From the NCBI GenBank assembly GCA_964016885.1, contig OZ024741.1:183024001-183088000 (forward strand): a stretch of 64,000 bases of DNA, written 5' to 3'. The stretch is from Eledone cirrhosa (Eukaryota). The notes under the pieces are model-generated. The model saw only the letters and a program-made list of their open reading frames with translations, did no database searches and was not told where the DNA came from. The position numbers and the translations under genes were made by a program. Positions within the stretch are counted from its first letter, which is position 1; each line of letters opens with the position of its first letter. Shown here piece by piece: positions 25,285 through 38,853 of this stretch.

Positions 25285-27575
25285 AAATCTCAGGACTGCC
25301 ACTCTAAATGTTGGCACCCTGAAAGGTGAATCAGGTGAAATTTGGAGCTGTTAGAGAGAAGAAGAGTAGATGTATGCTGTATAAATGAAGTGAGGTGGAG
25401 GGGTGCCTCAGCAAGACTAACCACAAGCAAACAACAACATCATCATCATCACTTATCGTCCACTTTCCATGCTAGCATGGGTTAGACGAGATGTAAACTC
25501 TGCTGAGTAGGAGATAACAATGGGGTAGAACGTGTAGGCACTTTACTAGCAGAGAAATGGTAAATAAGGTGATACAAATAGTAAGAGTAAGTGACAGAAT
25601 CATCAAGCTTAGAACAGTTGTAGGAGATAGAATGGTGACAATTACATCTACCTATGCTCCACAGGCAGAACTAAATAAAAACCAAAGGGACAGGTTCTAT
25701 GAAGAAATTTTACAGACAACTTCAGGTACTGATAAAAGAGACCTCATTGTCCTGGCAGGCAACTTTAACGGACATGTGGGGCAGATTCTGTGCAGTTTTT
25801 GGTGGTTATGGCTCAAGAAATGAAGAGGGACTGAGGCTCTTGGAATTCTGTGACCTGAGTGAACTAACCATTTGCAACACAAATTTCAGGAAAGCAACTA
25901 GCCACCTGATTTCATATTAATCAGGTGAACACACAAGCCACATTGATTTTTTACTTCTAAGACGAGTAAACAGATTGTAATAAACACTAAGGCCTTCCCT
26001 GGGGAAGAATGCAACGCCCAGCACAAGTTAGTTATATGTGACATCAAAATAAACACAAAACAGAACAAGATATGCAGGAAAACATGGAGACAGAGGATTT
26101 GGAAGTTAAAGGACCTTTTAGTTAAATATAGGTTTAGAAAGGCTCTATAGGATGCATTTGATGAGAAAGATGGGCTAGGTACATATAACATAGCGGACAA
26201 CTGGAATTCCTACGTGACAACATTTGCAAACTACTGATGAGACTTGTGGCTAGAGTAAAGCAGCAGCTAGACAGAGGGTGACCTGGAGGTTGAACAGCAC
26301 AGTGGATAGAGCCATTGAAGCCAAGAGACAGGCATGGAATGAGGTAGCACAGGGGGTAAATGGGGGTAGCACAGACCAGTACCAATTGGCTGAGAGAAAA
26401 GTTAGATGACAGGTTGACAGGTATACACAGTTCAGAGAGAGGCTGAAACAAAAAAGTTTGCCAATGTCTTAAGACGTGGGGGACCAGAGACATGAAGTGT
26501 TTTGCATTGCAAGGCAGTGAATTAGGTAAATCGAGATGTTGTCGGGCGAAATGTGTTAGAAATGACACTGGTGCACTTAGCATCACTGATGCCCAAAAGA
26601 AAGAGGCCTGAAAACGTTACTATGGGACATTGATGAATGTAGAGAATGAATGGGGGGAAGAGAAACTACCCTCAACTTACCCTGTAGAAGAACAAGCTAT
26701 TGAAGTTGACAGTTATAAGGTCAAAGACACAATCAAAGAGATGAAGAATTGGTAAAGCTGCAGAACCATCAGAGATAATTGTTGAGATACTAATAGCATT
26801 GGGAGAAGTAGGAGTCAAACTAGTAACCCGCATAGTCAATTGGGTAATACAAGACAGAGTCATACCCAATGACCGGCACAGCAGTATAATCATAAATTGC
26901 TACTAGAGTAAAGGTGATGCTCTAGAAAAGAGTAACTACAGAGGAATAAAACTAATGGACCAAGTTATGAAAGTGACAGAAAGAGTTATGGTGCAACTAA
27001 TTAGGGAAAGATTCAAATTAGATGAGATGTAGTTTGGTTTCATGCCTTGGAAAAGTACTACAGATATCCTCTTCTTAGTGAGGCAACTACAAGAGAAGTT
27101 CCTAGTCAAGAATAAGCTACTACACCTAGCTTTTGATAATCTAGAAAATGCCTTTGACAGTGTACCTCGTTTTGTTATCTGGTGGTCTTTAAGAAAATTA
27201 GGCTTGTGGGCGCAGTGCAAGCCATGTACTGAGGAACTGTCAGTAAAGTCAGAGTAGGAACTGAGTTTAGTGAGGAATTCAAGGTACAGTTAGGAGTTCA
27301 TCAAGATTCAGTTCTTAACCTACTGCTGTTAATCATAGCTCTCTGGATTATAATAGAGGAATTTAAAACTGGCTGTTCATGGGAACTTCTCTATGCAGAT
27401 GAATTATATAGCTGAATCCATAAAAGAACTAGAAAATAAGTTCCAGCTATGGAAACAGAATTTGGAATCAAAGGGTCTGAGAGTAAACTTAACCAAAACT
27501 AAAGTACTAGTGTGTAGAAAAGAAGATAGGACCCTGATCATTTCAGGGAAGTGATCCTGCTCCATATGTGCAAAA
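25285..27575 (+). pseudogene. Older degenerate RTE LINE
   Basis: ATLNVGTLKG, STYAPQ, GNFNGHVG, NYRGIKLMDQVMKV and WELLYAD motifs with many stops. Confidence 0.85.
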
Positions 27576-27726
27576 GGTATTTTTTGCCTATTGCTGTCAT
27601 TGACAGCATTTGGCTGTTTTAACAGCTGTTCTAGTGATAGGTTTTCTCATTTTTCTATGAATTCAAATATACTCTCAGTTCATCTCAATCTGAGACAACA
27701 ATGTTTATTCATATATATATATATAG

Positions 27727-28173
27727 TAATAATAATAAATTTGAAGACTAAAATCCAAAGAGGGCTCGATAAGGATAAATATATCTCAGATATATAAGAA
27801 CCGTAGAGCAAATATTTATTAAAATAACAGATTAAAGTTTAAGCAAAGAATCGCTGCTTTCACCCTTAACGGGATCTCCTGAAACTAAAAAAGTCAATCT
27901 GTGAACCACCTAAGAGAATATTAGTCTACATGGTTTTGTCTTTGTGTGTAATTGTTTTCACCGCTCCACATAATGACGTATTATCTTCGCTTTTTTCCGT
28001 TCTTTGCCAGGGAACGTTTCCACGAACCAAAGTATCGTCTTCCTGTCTTCCTTCGGTTGCAACGTTTTTTGAAATATTTACTTCTGCGTTCACAGATTGA
28101 CTTTTTTAGTTTCAGAAGATCCCGTTAAGGTGAAAGCAGCGATTCTTTGCTTAAACTTTAATCTGTTATTTTA

Positions 28174-28180
<7 letters not shown>
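27727..28180. mobile_element. Fold-back cassette of the CAGAAGA-hammerhead repeat family
   Basis: 27814-27906 is the reverse complement of 28088-28180; same family as 53041-53390 and 57250-57925; HHR-like motifs at 27836-27886 (-) and 28108-28157 (+). Confidence 0.75.
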
Positions 28181-28212
<32 letters not shown>

Positions 28213-28215
<3 letters not shown>

Positions 28216-29860
28216 TCATCATCATCATCATCAGGTTTAGCGTCCGTGTTCCACGCTTGCATGGGTTTGGACGGGGGTTTTCCCACTTGAGGCAAGAGTG
28301 GTTGTCTTGCTCGCATAGGACTGTCTGGCGGGTTTTCTACAGCTGGATGCCCTTCCTAACACCAACCACATTTACAGTGTGGGGCTGGGAGGTTTTTACC
28401 GTGTTGCCTACACGGCCACATTTACAGCGTGGACTGTGTGTTTTTTGTCGTGACACCTACATGATCTCATTTGTTTCGGCCTGGATGTTGTGGGACCAAC
28501 ATAACTTTACATTGAAAGGGGCGGTGTGGGTGGGGTGGATGTGGTGGGACGGGGGTGTGTTTTGATAGAGATGCCTACTGACTGTAGTAGGTTTTTACTT
28601 TGTATTTAGGTAAGGCGGGTCTTCTCTATTACTGAGTACCGCCAAAGGTCTCGGTCCAGTGACATTGTCTTGGAGAGGTGTAAGCGTGTGAGGTCGGAAT
28701 TTATCAGCTCGTCCCATGTTTTTCTGGGTCTGCCTACTCCGTGGCTACCGTCTATCTTTATTGCCCTGCACTTTGTTATACAGCTGTCGTCTTTCATGCG
28801 CATCACGTGACCGTACCAACGTAGCCTTCTCTCGAGTAAACAACATCTGATCCCTCTTATTTCAATTTTTTCCTTAGTTCGTTTATGCTTTGCCATTCAC
28901 GTATATTACTATTGCACATCCAGCGGAGCATGCAAGCTTCGTTCCTCTCTAGTCTGCGTATATCCTCTGCACACAATGCCCAGGTCTCACTGCCATGCAG
29001 CATTGGTGTTCGTATGCAGGCATCGTATAACCTGCCTTTCATTTTTAGGGAGAACCCTCTAGTGGCTAATAGTGGTATAAGCTCTCTGAACTTTTTCCAT
29101 CCAGTTCTGACTCTAGCTACTGTACTTTCAGAGCACACTCCCCCACTGCTGATTTTGTCACCCAGATAACGGAAGCTGTCCACTATTTCTATAGAACCCT
29201 CTGCGCAGTTGAAGGAGCTAGTATTTTGTGGGCACTTGCTGCTACTTATTGCACCAGAGCACCGGCCACATGTAAAATCTATGTTCTTAGTTAGCTTACC
29301 TGTGATCCCACTACATCTTTTATGCACCGATACTTTACATTTGGGACATAAAATGGAGTTTCTACCTACGCCTTTCCTACACACTGAGCATGGCCATTTC
29401 CCAGATGGGACCGCCGCCTTATTTTCTTTCCTACAAACTAGAACTTTAGTCTTAGCCAGGTTAATTTTAAGGCCTTTTGATTCTAGGCCGTGCTTCCATG
29501 TTTGGAATTTCTTCTCTAGTCATTGATTCAGCTATGAGCGTTAGATCATCTGCGTATAGGAGTTCCCATGGGCAGCCGGTCTTGAACTCCTCTGTTATAG
29601 CCTGAAGGGCAATAATAAATAGTAGGGGGCTAAGAACAGAGCCCTGATGGACACCAACTTTTACGCTAAACTCTTCACTATATTCGTTGTTAATTCTAAC
29701 CTTACTGACTGTTTCTTTATACATGGCTTGTATAGCTCTCACAAGCCATTTGTCAACACCTAGTTTTCTAAGAGACCACCAGATAATGGAACGGGGGACT
29801 CTGTCAAAGGCTTTCTCCAAGTCGACGAAAGCTAAGTATAGGGGTTTACTTTTAGCTAGG
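28213..29860 (-). mobile_element. 5'-truncated RTE LINE
   Basis: ORFs 28606-29913 nearly identical to the C-terminal half of 18915-20945, with frameshifts. Confidence 0.93.
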
Positions 29861-29896
29861 TATATATATATAGATAGATAGATAGATAGATAGATA

Positions 29897-30443
29897 AAGT
29901 GCAGGGCGATCAAAATAGATGGAAGCTACGGAGTAGGTAAACCCAGAAAAACCTGGGACGATTTGATAAATTCTGACCTTACACACTTACACTTCTTCAA
30001 GACAATGTCACTGGACCGAGATCTTTGGCGCTACACAATAATACAGAAGACCCGCCTTGCCTAAGTACAAAGCGAAACCTACAGTCAGTAGGCACCCCCT
30101 AACCAAAAATACACCGACCTCCCACTACCCCTACCCCCATCTACACCACCCCTTTCTCTGTAAAGTTATGTTGGTACCACAACATCCAGTCCTAAATAAA
30201 TGAGGTTGTGTAGGTGTCACGACAAAAAAACACACAGTCCACGCTGTAATGTGGCCGTGTAGGTAACACGGTAAAAACCTCCCAGTCCACACTGTAAATG
30301 TGGTTGGTGTTAGGAAGGGCATCCAGCCATAGAAAACCTGCCAGACAGTCCTATACGAGCAAGACAACCAATCTTGCCTCACGTGAGATAATTCCCGTCT
30401 AAACCCATGCTAGCGTGGAAGATAGACGTTAAACGATGATGAT
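29897..30443 (+). mobile_element. 5'-truncated RTE LINE 3' end, second subfamily (IQKTRLA)
   Basis: Matches 36379-36927. Confidence 0.9.
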
Positions 30444-30469
30444 ATATATATAGATATATACATATATAA

Positions 30470-30895
30470 TAATTGTTTCTACGTTAGACACAAGGCCAGC
30501 AATTACCCAGTGTATTACTGGTACTTTATTTTATCGACCCCTTAAGGATGAAAGGCAAAGTTAACCTTGGCGGGATTTGAACTCAGAATGGCAAGGGCCG
30601 TAACTCTATGCATCAAAGCATGGCGTCCGACCGTCTACCGATACTGCCAATCCACCGTTATACATATATAATAATGATTTCTACTAGAGGTACAAGGCAG
30701 CAATTTTTGGGGAGGGCAAAATCGATTAAATCGACCCCAGTGCATTATTGGTGCTTTATTTTATTGACCCCATAAGGATGAAAATGAAAAGCAAAGCCAA
30801 CCTTAGCGAGACTTGAACTCAGAACATAAAAGACCATAACTCTATGCTGCAGAGCAGGGTGTCCGACTCTCTACTGACTCTGCCAATCCACCACC
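30470..30895 (-). mobile_element. Two tandem group 1 SINEs
   Basis: Each matches the reverse complement of 16301-16495. Confidence 0.8.
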
Positions 30896-31036
30896 CTTAA
30901 TGTTAATAAGACTTTTTGTCTGAAGCTTCTGGTTATGTAGGCACAATGATAAAAGAACAGAAGCACACTTCCTTTTCATCTATGTCTTTTTCTAAAACCA
31001 GCAAATGTATACACCAATTTTCATACTTGTGATATT

Positions 31037-31302
<266 letters not shown>

Positions 31303-31632
31303 TTGCAATCGAAAGGTTGAGAGTTCAAATCTCAGACTGGGTGGTGTGTTGTTTCCTTGAGCAAGACACTTTATTTCACATTGCTCCAGTTTACTCAGCT
31401 GTAGAAATGAGATGATAGGGACCCCAGTCCCCATCATTCCACTGAAAAGTGGTCGTGGAGGTGCCACGGAAAAGCACTTACTGTAAAGTGGACGTGTAGG
31501 CGCCACGGAAAGAAAGCACCCAGCACTCACTGTAAATGAGGTTGGTGTTATGAAGGGCATCCAGCTGTAGAAATCAAGCCAGAATCAGTTCCCGTCCCAC
31601 CCTTGCAAGCAGAGAAAAGCGGACATAAAATG
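31303..31632 (+). mobile_element. Group 2 SINE (tRNA head, CORE-like domain, RTE-like tail)
   Basis: B-box gagttcaaatc; ccttgagcaagacactttatttcac; matches 57931-58270. Confidence 0.75.
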
Positions 31633-32130
31633 TCCACTTTTAATCGTTTAACCGTTTAGACGGTTTTGTTCCATTCGATCCGGGAATGGTCGGGAGACCA
31701 TGCCTCACTCACACGGAAGCATCTCTGGCAGGTTTTTTTACAGCTGGATGCCCTTCCTAACACCAACCACATTTACAGTGTGGACTGGGAGCCTTTTCAC
31801 CGTGTCTCCTACACGACCACCTTACAGTGTGAACTGTTGTGTCATCGACACAGTGGACAGATGAGGGAGATGGAGGATGGGGTAGAGGTGTGAATGTGGG
31901 GTGTACATTGGGTTAAGAGGTGCCTACTGACTGTGCGTGTGGTGTGTGTGTGTGTGTATATATATATATTTACATATATATAAAAATTAAAATGTTGAGT
32001 TAAAAACTCACAATATTCCCTTATAATCAAATAAGCTCAAGGAAGAAATTCTGAGTTCTTTATAATACACACACACACACACACATATATACATATATAT
32101 CTATATCTATGAATCTATCTATCTATCTGG

Positions 32131-32166
<36 letters not shown>

Positions 32167-32423
32167 GAAAACGAAGAATCAGTGATGCATCGGAACACAA
32201 TTTATTACATATTACAATTGTTTCTCCGGTGAACAGCTAAAGGTGTGATCTGTTTGTGGATTGAACCTGACTCTGGATTTGCAAATTCCTCAGATACGTC
32301 TAGTGATTTCAAAGCAAATTCTCTTTCTGCTGGGCTCCAACCCTTCGAATCTTTATCATCTGCCTTCGTCCTGTTTGCGCAGCGCTTAGATTGGTTGATA
32401 GTTTGTGACGTCATCAAGTGCTT

Positions 32424-32496
<73 letters not shown>

Positions 32497-32624
32497 AATG
32501 TAATTTGAGTTTTTCGAATATTAATAATAACATTCGTTTGCAAATATGCAAACAAGCCTCAATTTGTATAGCCATGTCAGTAGAATGAACCCTTCATTCT
32601 TGCTCTTGTGTTGGCATGTGAACA

Positions 32625-32674
32625 GAACTGCAGACACTAATGTTTCTGGGTATCACCCTTCATCAGTACAGCTC
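32625..32674 (-). ncRNA. Canonical type-I hammerhead ribozyme, copy 1
   Basis: gagctgta-CTGATGA-aGGGT gat ACCCa-GAAAC-ATTAGT-GTC-tgcagttc; 8-bp stem I, GUC site. Confidence 0.88.
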
Positions 32675-33085
32675 ACTGTTCCCCTGCCAACTGTCAGAGC
32701 TAGTGAAAATATATGCTATTTTCAAAAATATACAGTGACTGATCGGCCTGATTTGCAGATTAGCAGACTGGCTGATCAGTCAGATCTGCATATTAACAGA
32801 TCCACTGATCAGCCAGATTTGCATATCAGCAGACTCGTCAGTCAGTTTCCTGTATACGAGTGATAAATGGCCGGCTTTGCCAAATTCAAATAAAACAGAA
32901 AATTCTTTTTTTTCCGCTCTACATGGCTGAATATAATAAATGTAATTTAGATTTTTCGAATATTAATAATAACATTCGATTCGTTTGAAATTATGCAAAC
33001 AAGCCTCAATTTTATAGCCATGTCAGTAGAATGAACCCTTCATTCTTGTTGGCATGAACCCTTCATTCGTGTTGGCATGTGAACA

Positions 33086-33135
33086 GAACTGCAGACACTC
33101 ATGTTTCTGGGTGTCACCCTTCATCAGTACAGCTC
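33086..33135 (-). ncRNA. Canonical type-I hammerhead ribozyme, copy 2 (461 bp from copy 1)
   Basis: gagctgta-CTGATGA-aGGGT gac ACCCa-GAAAC-ATGAGT-GTC-tgcagttc. Confidence 0.88.
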
Positions 33136-33279
33136 ACTGTTCACTCATTCTACTGACATGGCTATAAAATTGAGGCTTGTTTGCATAATTGCAAACGAAT
33201 CGAATGTTATATTTAATATTTGAAAAACTCAAATTATATTTATTGTATTCAGCCATGTAGAGCGAAAAAAAAAAAATTT

Positions 33280-33336
<57 letters not shown>

Positions 33337-33686
33337 ATGTCTGTGTGTACACATAGACAATCTTACATGTTTTGTAACTCATTTTGCATGACACATTTTG
33401 TATAATAAGTATGGGGCCTTACAGTCAATAAAGAAATAATCATTGTTATGATTAATATCATTATTATTAGGATTAATATTATTGTTGATGTTTTAGAATT
33501 ATTGTTTTCTTCTTCATTTTCATCATCTTATGATTTGCTGATTCTTGTTTGAAATTAATCTGTATAAAAGTAGTTATTAACTGGAGACTAAAAACCTCGA
33601 TATTTTTTGTATTTTCCTGTATTTTATTTTTAACAATTGTCTCTTTAAAAACATGTTTATTTTTGTCAGAAATAAATATCAAGAGT

Positions 33687-33722
<36 letters not shown>

Positions 33723-33959
33723 GTTTAATGCTAGCATGGGTTTAGACGGGAATTGTCCCACGTGAGGCAAGATTTGTTGTCTTGCTCGTATAGGACTGTC
33801 TGGCGGGTTTTCTACGGCTGGATGCCCTTCCTAACACCAACCACGTTTACAGTGTGGATGTTGTTTGTGTGTTGTTATTAGTATAAGTGTGTGTGTGTGT
33901 GTATGTGCCCATATACACACATATATATACATAAAATATAAGTAAATGTGTATATATTC

Positions 33960-36928
33960 ATACCTTAAAAGGTTGCTCTAACGAGGTTGTAGAGATGCTT
34001 GAACATAAGGAAGTTGATGTTTGCTATATTCAAGAGACTAGGTGGAGGGGTGGGTCTGCTAGATTCATTGTGGGTAATAAACGATGCTATAAGCTTTTCT
34101 GGGTGGGAAATGACAATGGGCTGGGTGGAGCAGAAAAATGGGTAGATAAGATAATAGACGTAAATAGAGTGAACGAAAGAATAATTAAAATAAGACTTGT
34201 CCTAAATAGAACTACTGTGACAATAATATTTGCGTATGCACCCCAATCTGGACTGCCTGGCATTATAAAAGATAGATTCTATGAATCGTTAATGCTCACT
34301 ACCTCACAAATAACCGACAGTGACTACATAATTATTGCTGGCGACCTAAATGGTCACGTTGGACAACACTGTAACGGCTATGACGGAATCCATGGAGGCT
34401 ATGGGTTTGGTACTAGAAATGAGGAAGGCTCCAGAATCTTGGAATTCTGTGATGCAAATAACCTAACTATCTGTAACACAAACTTAAAAAAATGAGACAA
34501 TCACTTGATCACCTATAGATCAGGGGATCACGCCAGTCATATAGATTATATGGGGGAAGTAGAGAAGACTATCAAGTGGCCAGGAGGGAAGCTAGGAGAC
34601 AAGTGTACTTCGCAAGAAGGGAAGCAGAGGAAAAAAAGTTCAAGCATGTTCTACAACGCGAGGACCAAAAACGTGAGGTGTTCAGGATTGCTAGGCAATG
34701 TGTCAAGGAAAACAGTGATATTGTTGGGGAGAAGTGTGTCCGTAATGATGATAGTGTACTTGCCATCATTGATGCTGATAAGAAGGTAGCTTGGAAGTGT
34801 CACTACGAAAGGCTACTAAATGAGGAGAATAAATGGGAAAAAGACAGTCTCCCCCACATCGATCCAATAGAGGGACCAGCAGTGCAAGTTGAAGGTAGTA
34901 TAATAAGTAAGGCAATCAAAGATATAAAGACGGGCAAGGCGGCTGGGCCTTCGGAAATAGTTGCTGAAATGCTGAAAGCATCTGGAATGGTGGGACACAC
35001 TATGGTCACCTGGATAGTAAACCAAGTCATACAGAATGGGGCCGTTCCGAAGGACTGGCGCAGCAGCATCATCATTAACTGCTACAAGGGTAAAGGAGAT
35101 GCACTAGATAGAGGAAACTATAGAGGCATTAAATTAATTGACCAGGTCATGAAGGTCACAGAAAAAGTAATAGCACAACTAATCAGAGGGCGAATTGATC
35201 TAGATGAAATGCAGTTCGGGTTTGTGTCAGGTAAAAGTACCACAGACGCTCTTTTCCTTGTACGACAACTACAGGAGAAGTACCAATGCTAAAAGTAAAC
35301 CCCTATACTTAGCTTTTGTTGACTTGGAAAAAGCCTTTGACAGAGTTCCACGCCCCATTATCTGGTGGGCTCTCAGAAAACTAGGTGTTGATGAATGGCT
35401 TGTGAGAGCTATACAAGCCATGTATAAAGAAACAGTCAGCAAGGTTAGAATTAACAACGAATATAGTGAAGAGTTTAGCATAAAAGTTGGTGTTCATCAG
35501 GGTTCTGTCCTTAGCCCCCTCCTATTTATTATTGCCCTTCAGGCTATAACAGAGGAGTTCAAGACCGGCTGCCCATGGGAACTTCTATAGGCAGATGATC
35601 TAACGCTCATAGCTGAATCAATGGCTGAACTAGAGAAGAAATTCCAAACATGGAAGCATGGCCTAGAATCAAAAGGCCTTAAAATTAACTTGTCTAAGAC
35701 TAAAGTTCTAGTATGTAGGAAGGAAAACAGGGCACTGGTCCCATCTGGGAAATGGCCATGCTCAGTGTGTAGGAAAAGAGTAGGCAGAAACTCCTTTTTA
35801 TGTCCCAAATGCAAAGTATGGGTGCATAAAAGATGTAGTGGGATCACAGGTAAGCTAACTAAGAACATAGATTTTATATGTGGCCGGTGCTCAGGTGCAA
35901 TAAGTAGTAGCAAGTGCCCACAGGATACCAGCTCATTCCATTGCCCAAATGGTTCTATAGAAATAGTGGACACCTTCCGTTACCTGGGTGACAAAATCAG
36001 CAGTGGTGGAGAGTGCTCTGAAAGTACAGTAGCTAGAGTCAGAACGGGATGGAAAAAGTTCAGAGAGCTTATATACCACTATTGGCCGCTAAAGGTTTCT
36101 CTCTAAAAATGAAAGGCAGGCTGTATGATGCCTGCATATGAACAGTAATGTTACATGGCAGTGAGACATGGGCATTGTGTGCAGAGGATCTATGCAGACT
36201 GGAGAGGAACAAAGCTTGCATGCTCCGTTGGATGTGTAATAATAATATACGTAAACGGCAAAGCATAAATGAACTAAGTGAGAAATTAGGAATAAGAGGG
36301 ATCAGATGCTGTTTACTCGAGAGAAGACTACGTTGGTATGGTCACGTGATGCGCATGAAAGATGACAGCTTTATAAAAAAGTGCAGGGCGATCAAAATAG
36401 ATAGAAGCTACGGAGTAGGCAGACCCAGAATAACCTGGGACGACTTGATAAATTCCGACCTTACACACTTACACCTCTCCAAGACAATGTCACTGGACCA
36501 GGATCTTTGGCGCTACGCAGTAATACAGAAGACCCGCCTTGCCTAAGTACAAAGCGAAACCTACAGTCAGTAGGCACCTCTTAACCAAAATACACCCCCG
36601 TCCCACTACCCTACCCCCACCCCATCTACACCACCCCTCTTGATCTAAAGTTATGTTGGTACCACAACGTCCAGTCCTAAATAAATGAGGTCGTGTAGGT
36701 ATCACGACAAAAAAACACACAGTCCATGCTGTAATGTGGCTGTGTAGGTAACACGGTAAAAACCTCCCAGTCCACACTGTAAACGTGGTTGGTGTTAGGA
36801 CGGGCATCCAGCCATAGAAAACCTGCCAGACAGTCCTATACAAGCAAGACAACCAATCTTGCCTCAAGTGGGACAATTCCCGTCTAAACCCATGCTAGCG
36901 TGGAAGATAGACGTTAAACGATGATGAT
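33960..36928 (+). mobile_element. RTE LINE with an internal deletion near 34549, stops and frameshifts
   Basis: APE ORF 33995-34495 and RT pieces 34576-36546; (TGA)n tail; sequence jumps from HIDY straight to the linker relative to the 18.5-21.7 kb copy. Confidence 0.93.
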
Positions 36929-36976
36929 CATCATGATAATACAATATGTATGTGTATAGGTGTGTATGTGCATGTA

Positions 36977-37009
<33 letters not shown>

Positions 37010-37373
37010 TGCGTCGTCTAGTATGAAATTTGTAGAAAAAACAAAATTGACCATATGCCTCACTACAAATTTCATACTTGACGACCCAATATATATATAT
37101 ATATATATATACATAAACGGAAAAAATGAAACGAAATTTCATTTCCCACTCTTAGTACGGCTGTTACTTAAATATAAGTATGTATACATACATACATATA
37201 TGTATACAGATGTACAGTAGTATGTATATATATATGCACACATATATATATGTACGTATGGATTCACCGAACATTTATTATAATGCTCGGTGTGTTTGTA
37301 AACAAACATCCCAAATTAAGCCGTACAGTGTCTAGCAACCATCGTTGCTCGTTTGTTCAACACTGACAAAGGA

Positions 37374-37416
37374 ACGTTGTACTAGTTTCAAGCTTATTAG
37401 GTATCGTCAGCAACGT
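37374..37416 (-). ncRNA. Minimal type-I hammerhead
   Basis: acgttg-CTGACGA-tacctaataagctt-GAAAC-TA-GTA-caacgt; palindromic ACTAGT stem III; weak stem II. Confidence 0.7.
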
Positions 37417-37981
37417 ATACCTTCCTGCCAGATGATTGAACGTGTGAAAGTATATACTTTCCTTATGCATATTAACGGCTGAGCAGCCTAATTTGCATAT
37501 CGAGTGGGTTAATCGGCCGGGTGCACCGAAAACGATAAACGGAAAAAATGAAACGAAATTTCATTTCCCACTCTTAGTACGGCTGTTACTTTGTCAGTGT
37601 TGAACAAACGAGCAAATGAGCAACGATGGTTGCTAGACACTACGGCTTAATACGGGATGTTTGTTTATAAACACACCGAGCATTATAATAAATGTTCGGT
37701 GAATCCATACGTACATATATATATATGTGTGCATGTATGTATATATATATACATACTACTGTACGTCTGTATACAAATATCTATGTACGTATAAATACTT
37801 ATATTTAAGTAACAGTCGTACTAAGAGTGGGAAATGAAATTTCGTTTCATTTTTTCCGTTTATCGTTTTCGGTGCACCCGGCCGATTAACCCACTCGATA
37901 TGCAAATTAGGCTGCTCAGCCGTTAATATGCATAAGGAAAGTATATACTTTCACACGTTTAATCATCTGGCAGGAAGGTAT

Positions 37982-38024
37982 ACGTTGCTGACGATACCTA
38001 ATAAGCTTGAAACTAGTATAGCGT
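37982..38024 (+). ncRNA. Minimal type-I hammerhead, inverted copy
   Basis: acgttg-CTGACGA-...-GAAAC-TA-GTA-tagcgt; two substitutions give G-U pairs in stem I. Confidence 0.65.
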
Positions 38025-38223
38025 TCCTTTGTCAGTGTTGAACAAACAAGCAACGATGGTTGCTAGACATTACGGCTTAATACGGGATGTTTGTTTACAA
38101 ACACACTGAGCATTATAATAAATGTTCGGTGAATCCATACGTACATATATATATATATGTGTGCATGTATGTATATATACATACTATTGTACGTCTGTAT
38201 ACATATGTATGTACGTATACATA

Positions 38224-38284
<61 letters not shown>

Positions 38285-38853
38285 TTGCGAGGTTTTTTTA
38301 TATGAAATCGTGTGTCGAAACAGATATTGTTATATTTGGGGAGGGTCATATTTGCGTAATATTGCCAGAATTAATAACAGAACACACTCACTGTTTGGTT
38401 GGTTTTCGCTTCTCGCTGTCTTTTATATATATATATCTGCGATCTAACTTACTCGGTCCTCAATGTTGCCATTGACTGACCGGCGGTCAAAAATAATACA
38501 GATACAATATAGACAAACACATATATATATAGTTTACATAATTTACATAAATCTTTCGTTGCACATCTGCAACATCGTCAGTGGTGTTATATTCATTGTT
38601 CCTCCTGTTGTGTTGTATGTCTACGCCATTTTTTTTGTTCAGTCTGTCTATATATTTATTTATTTATTTGCTTGTTTGTTTATCTTATTTTATTTTGTCT
38701 TCTTTGCGCATGCGTTTGCGTGTGTGTATAGTGTTATGTGTGATGTGTGACTAGTGTGTATAGTGTTGTGTCTGCTGGGTGACTAGTGTGTGTTTATGTG
38801 CTTGTGTATGTATTTATTTATCTTATTTTATTTTATTTAATTTACTTATTTAT

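Larger units (their letters stand above)
37113..38230. mobile_element. Non-coding tandem plus inverted cassette (about 425-bp monomer) carrying hammerheads
   Basis: 37113-37169 recurs at 37535-37591; 37591-38230 is inverted relative to 37165-37590; flanked by (TA)n. Confidence 0.8.

Noticed and set aside
36988-37090. Small palindrome in (TA)n; another at 45868-46112
   Set aside because: Probably fold-back remnants of the same cassette type, but no ribozyme core or family assignment is visible.
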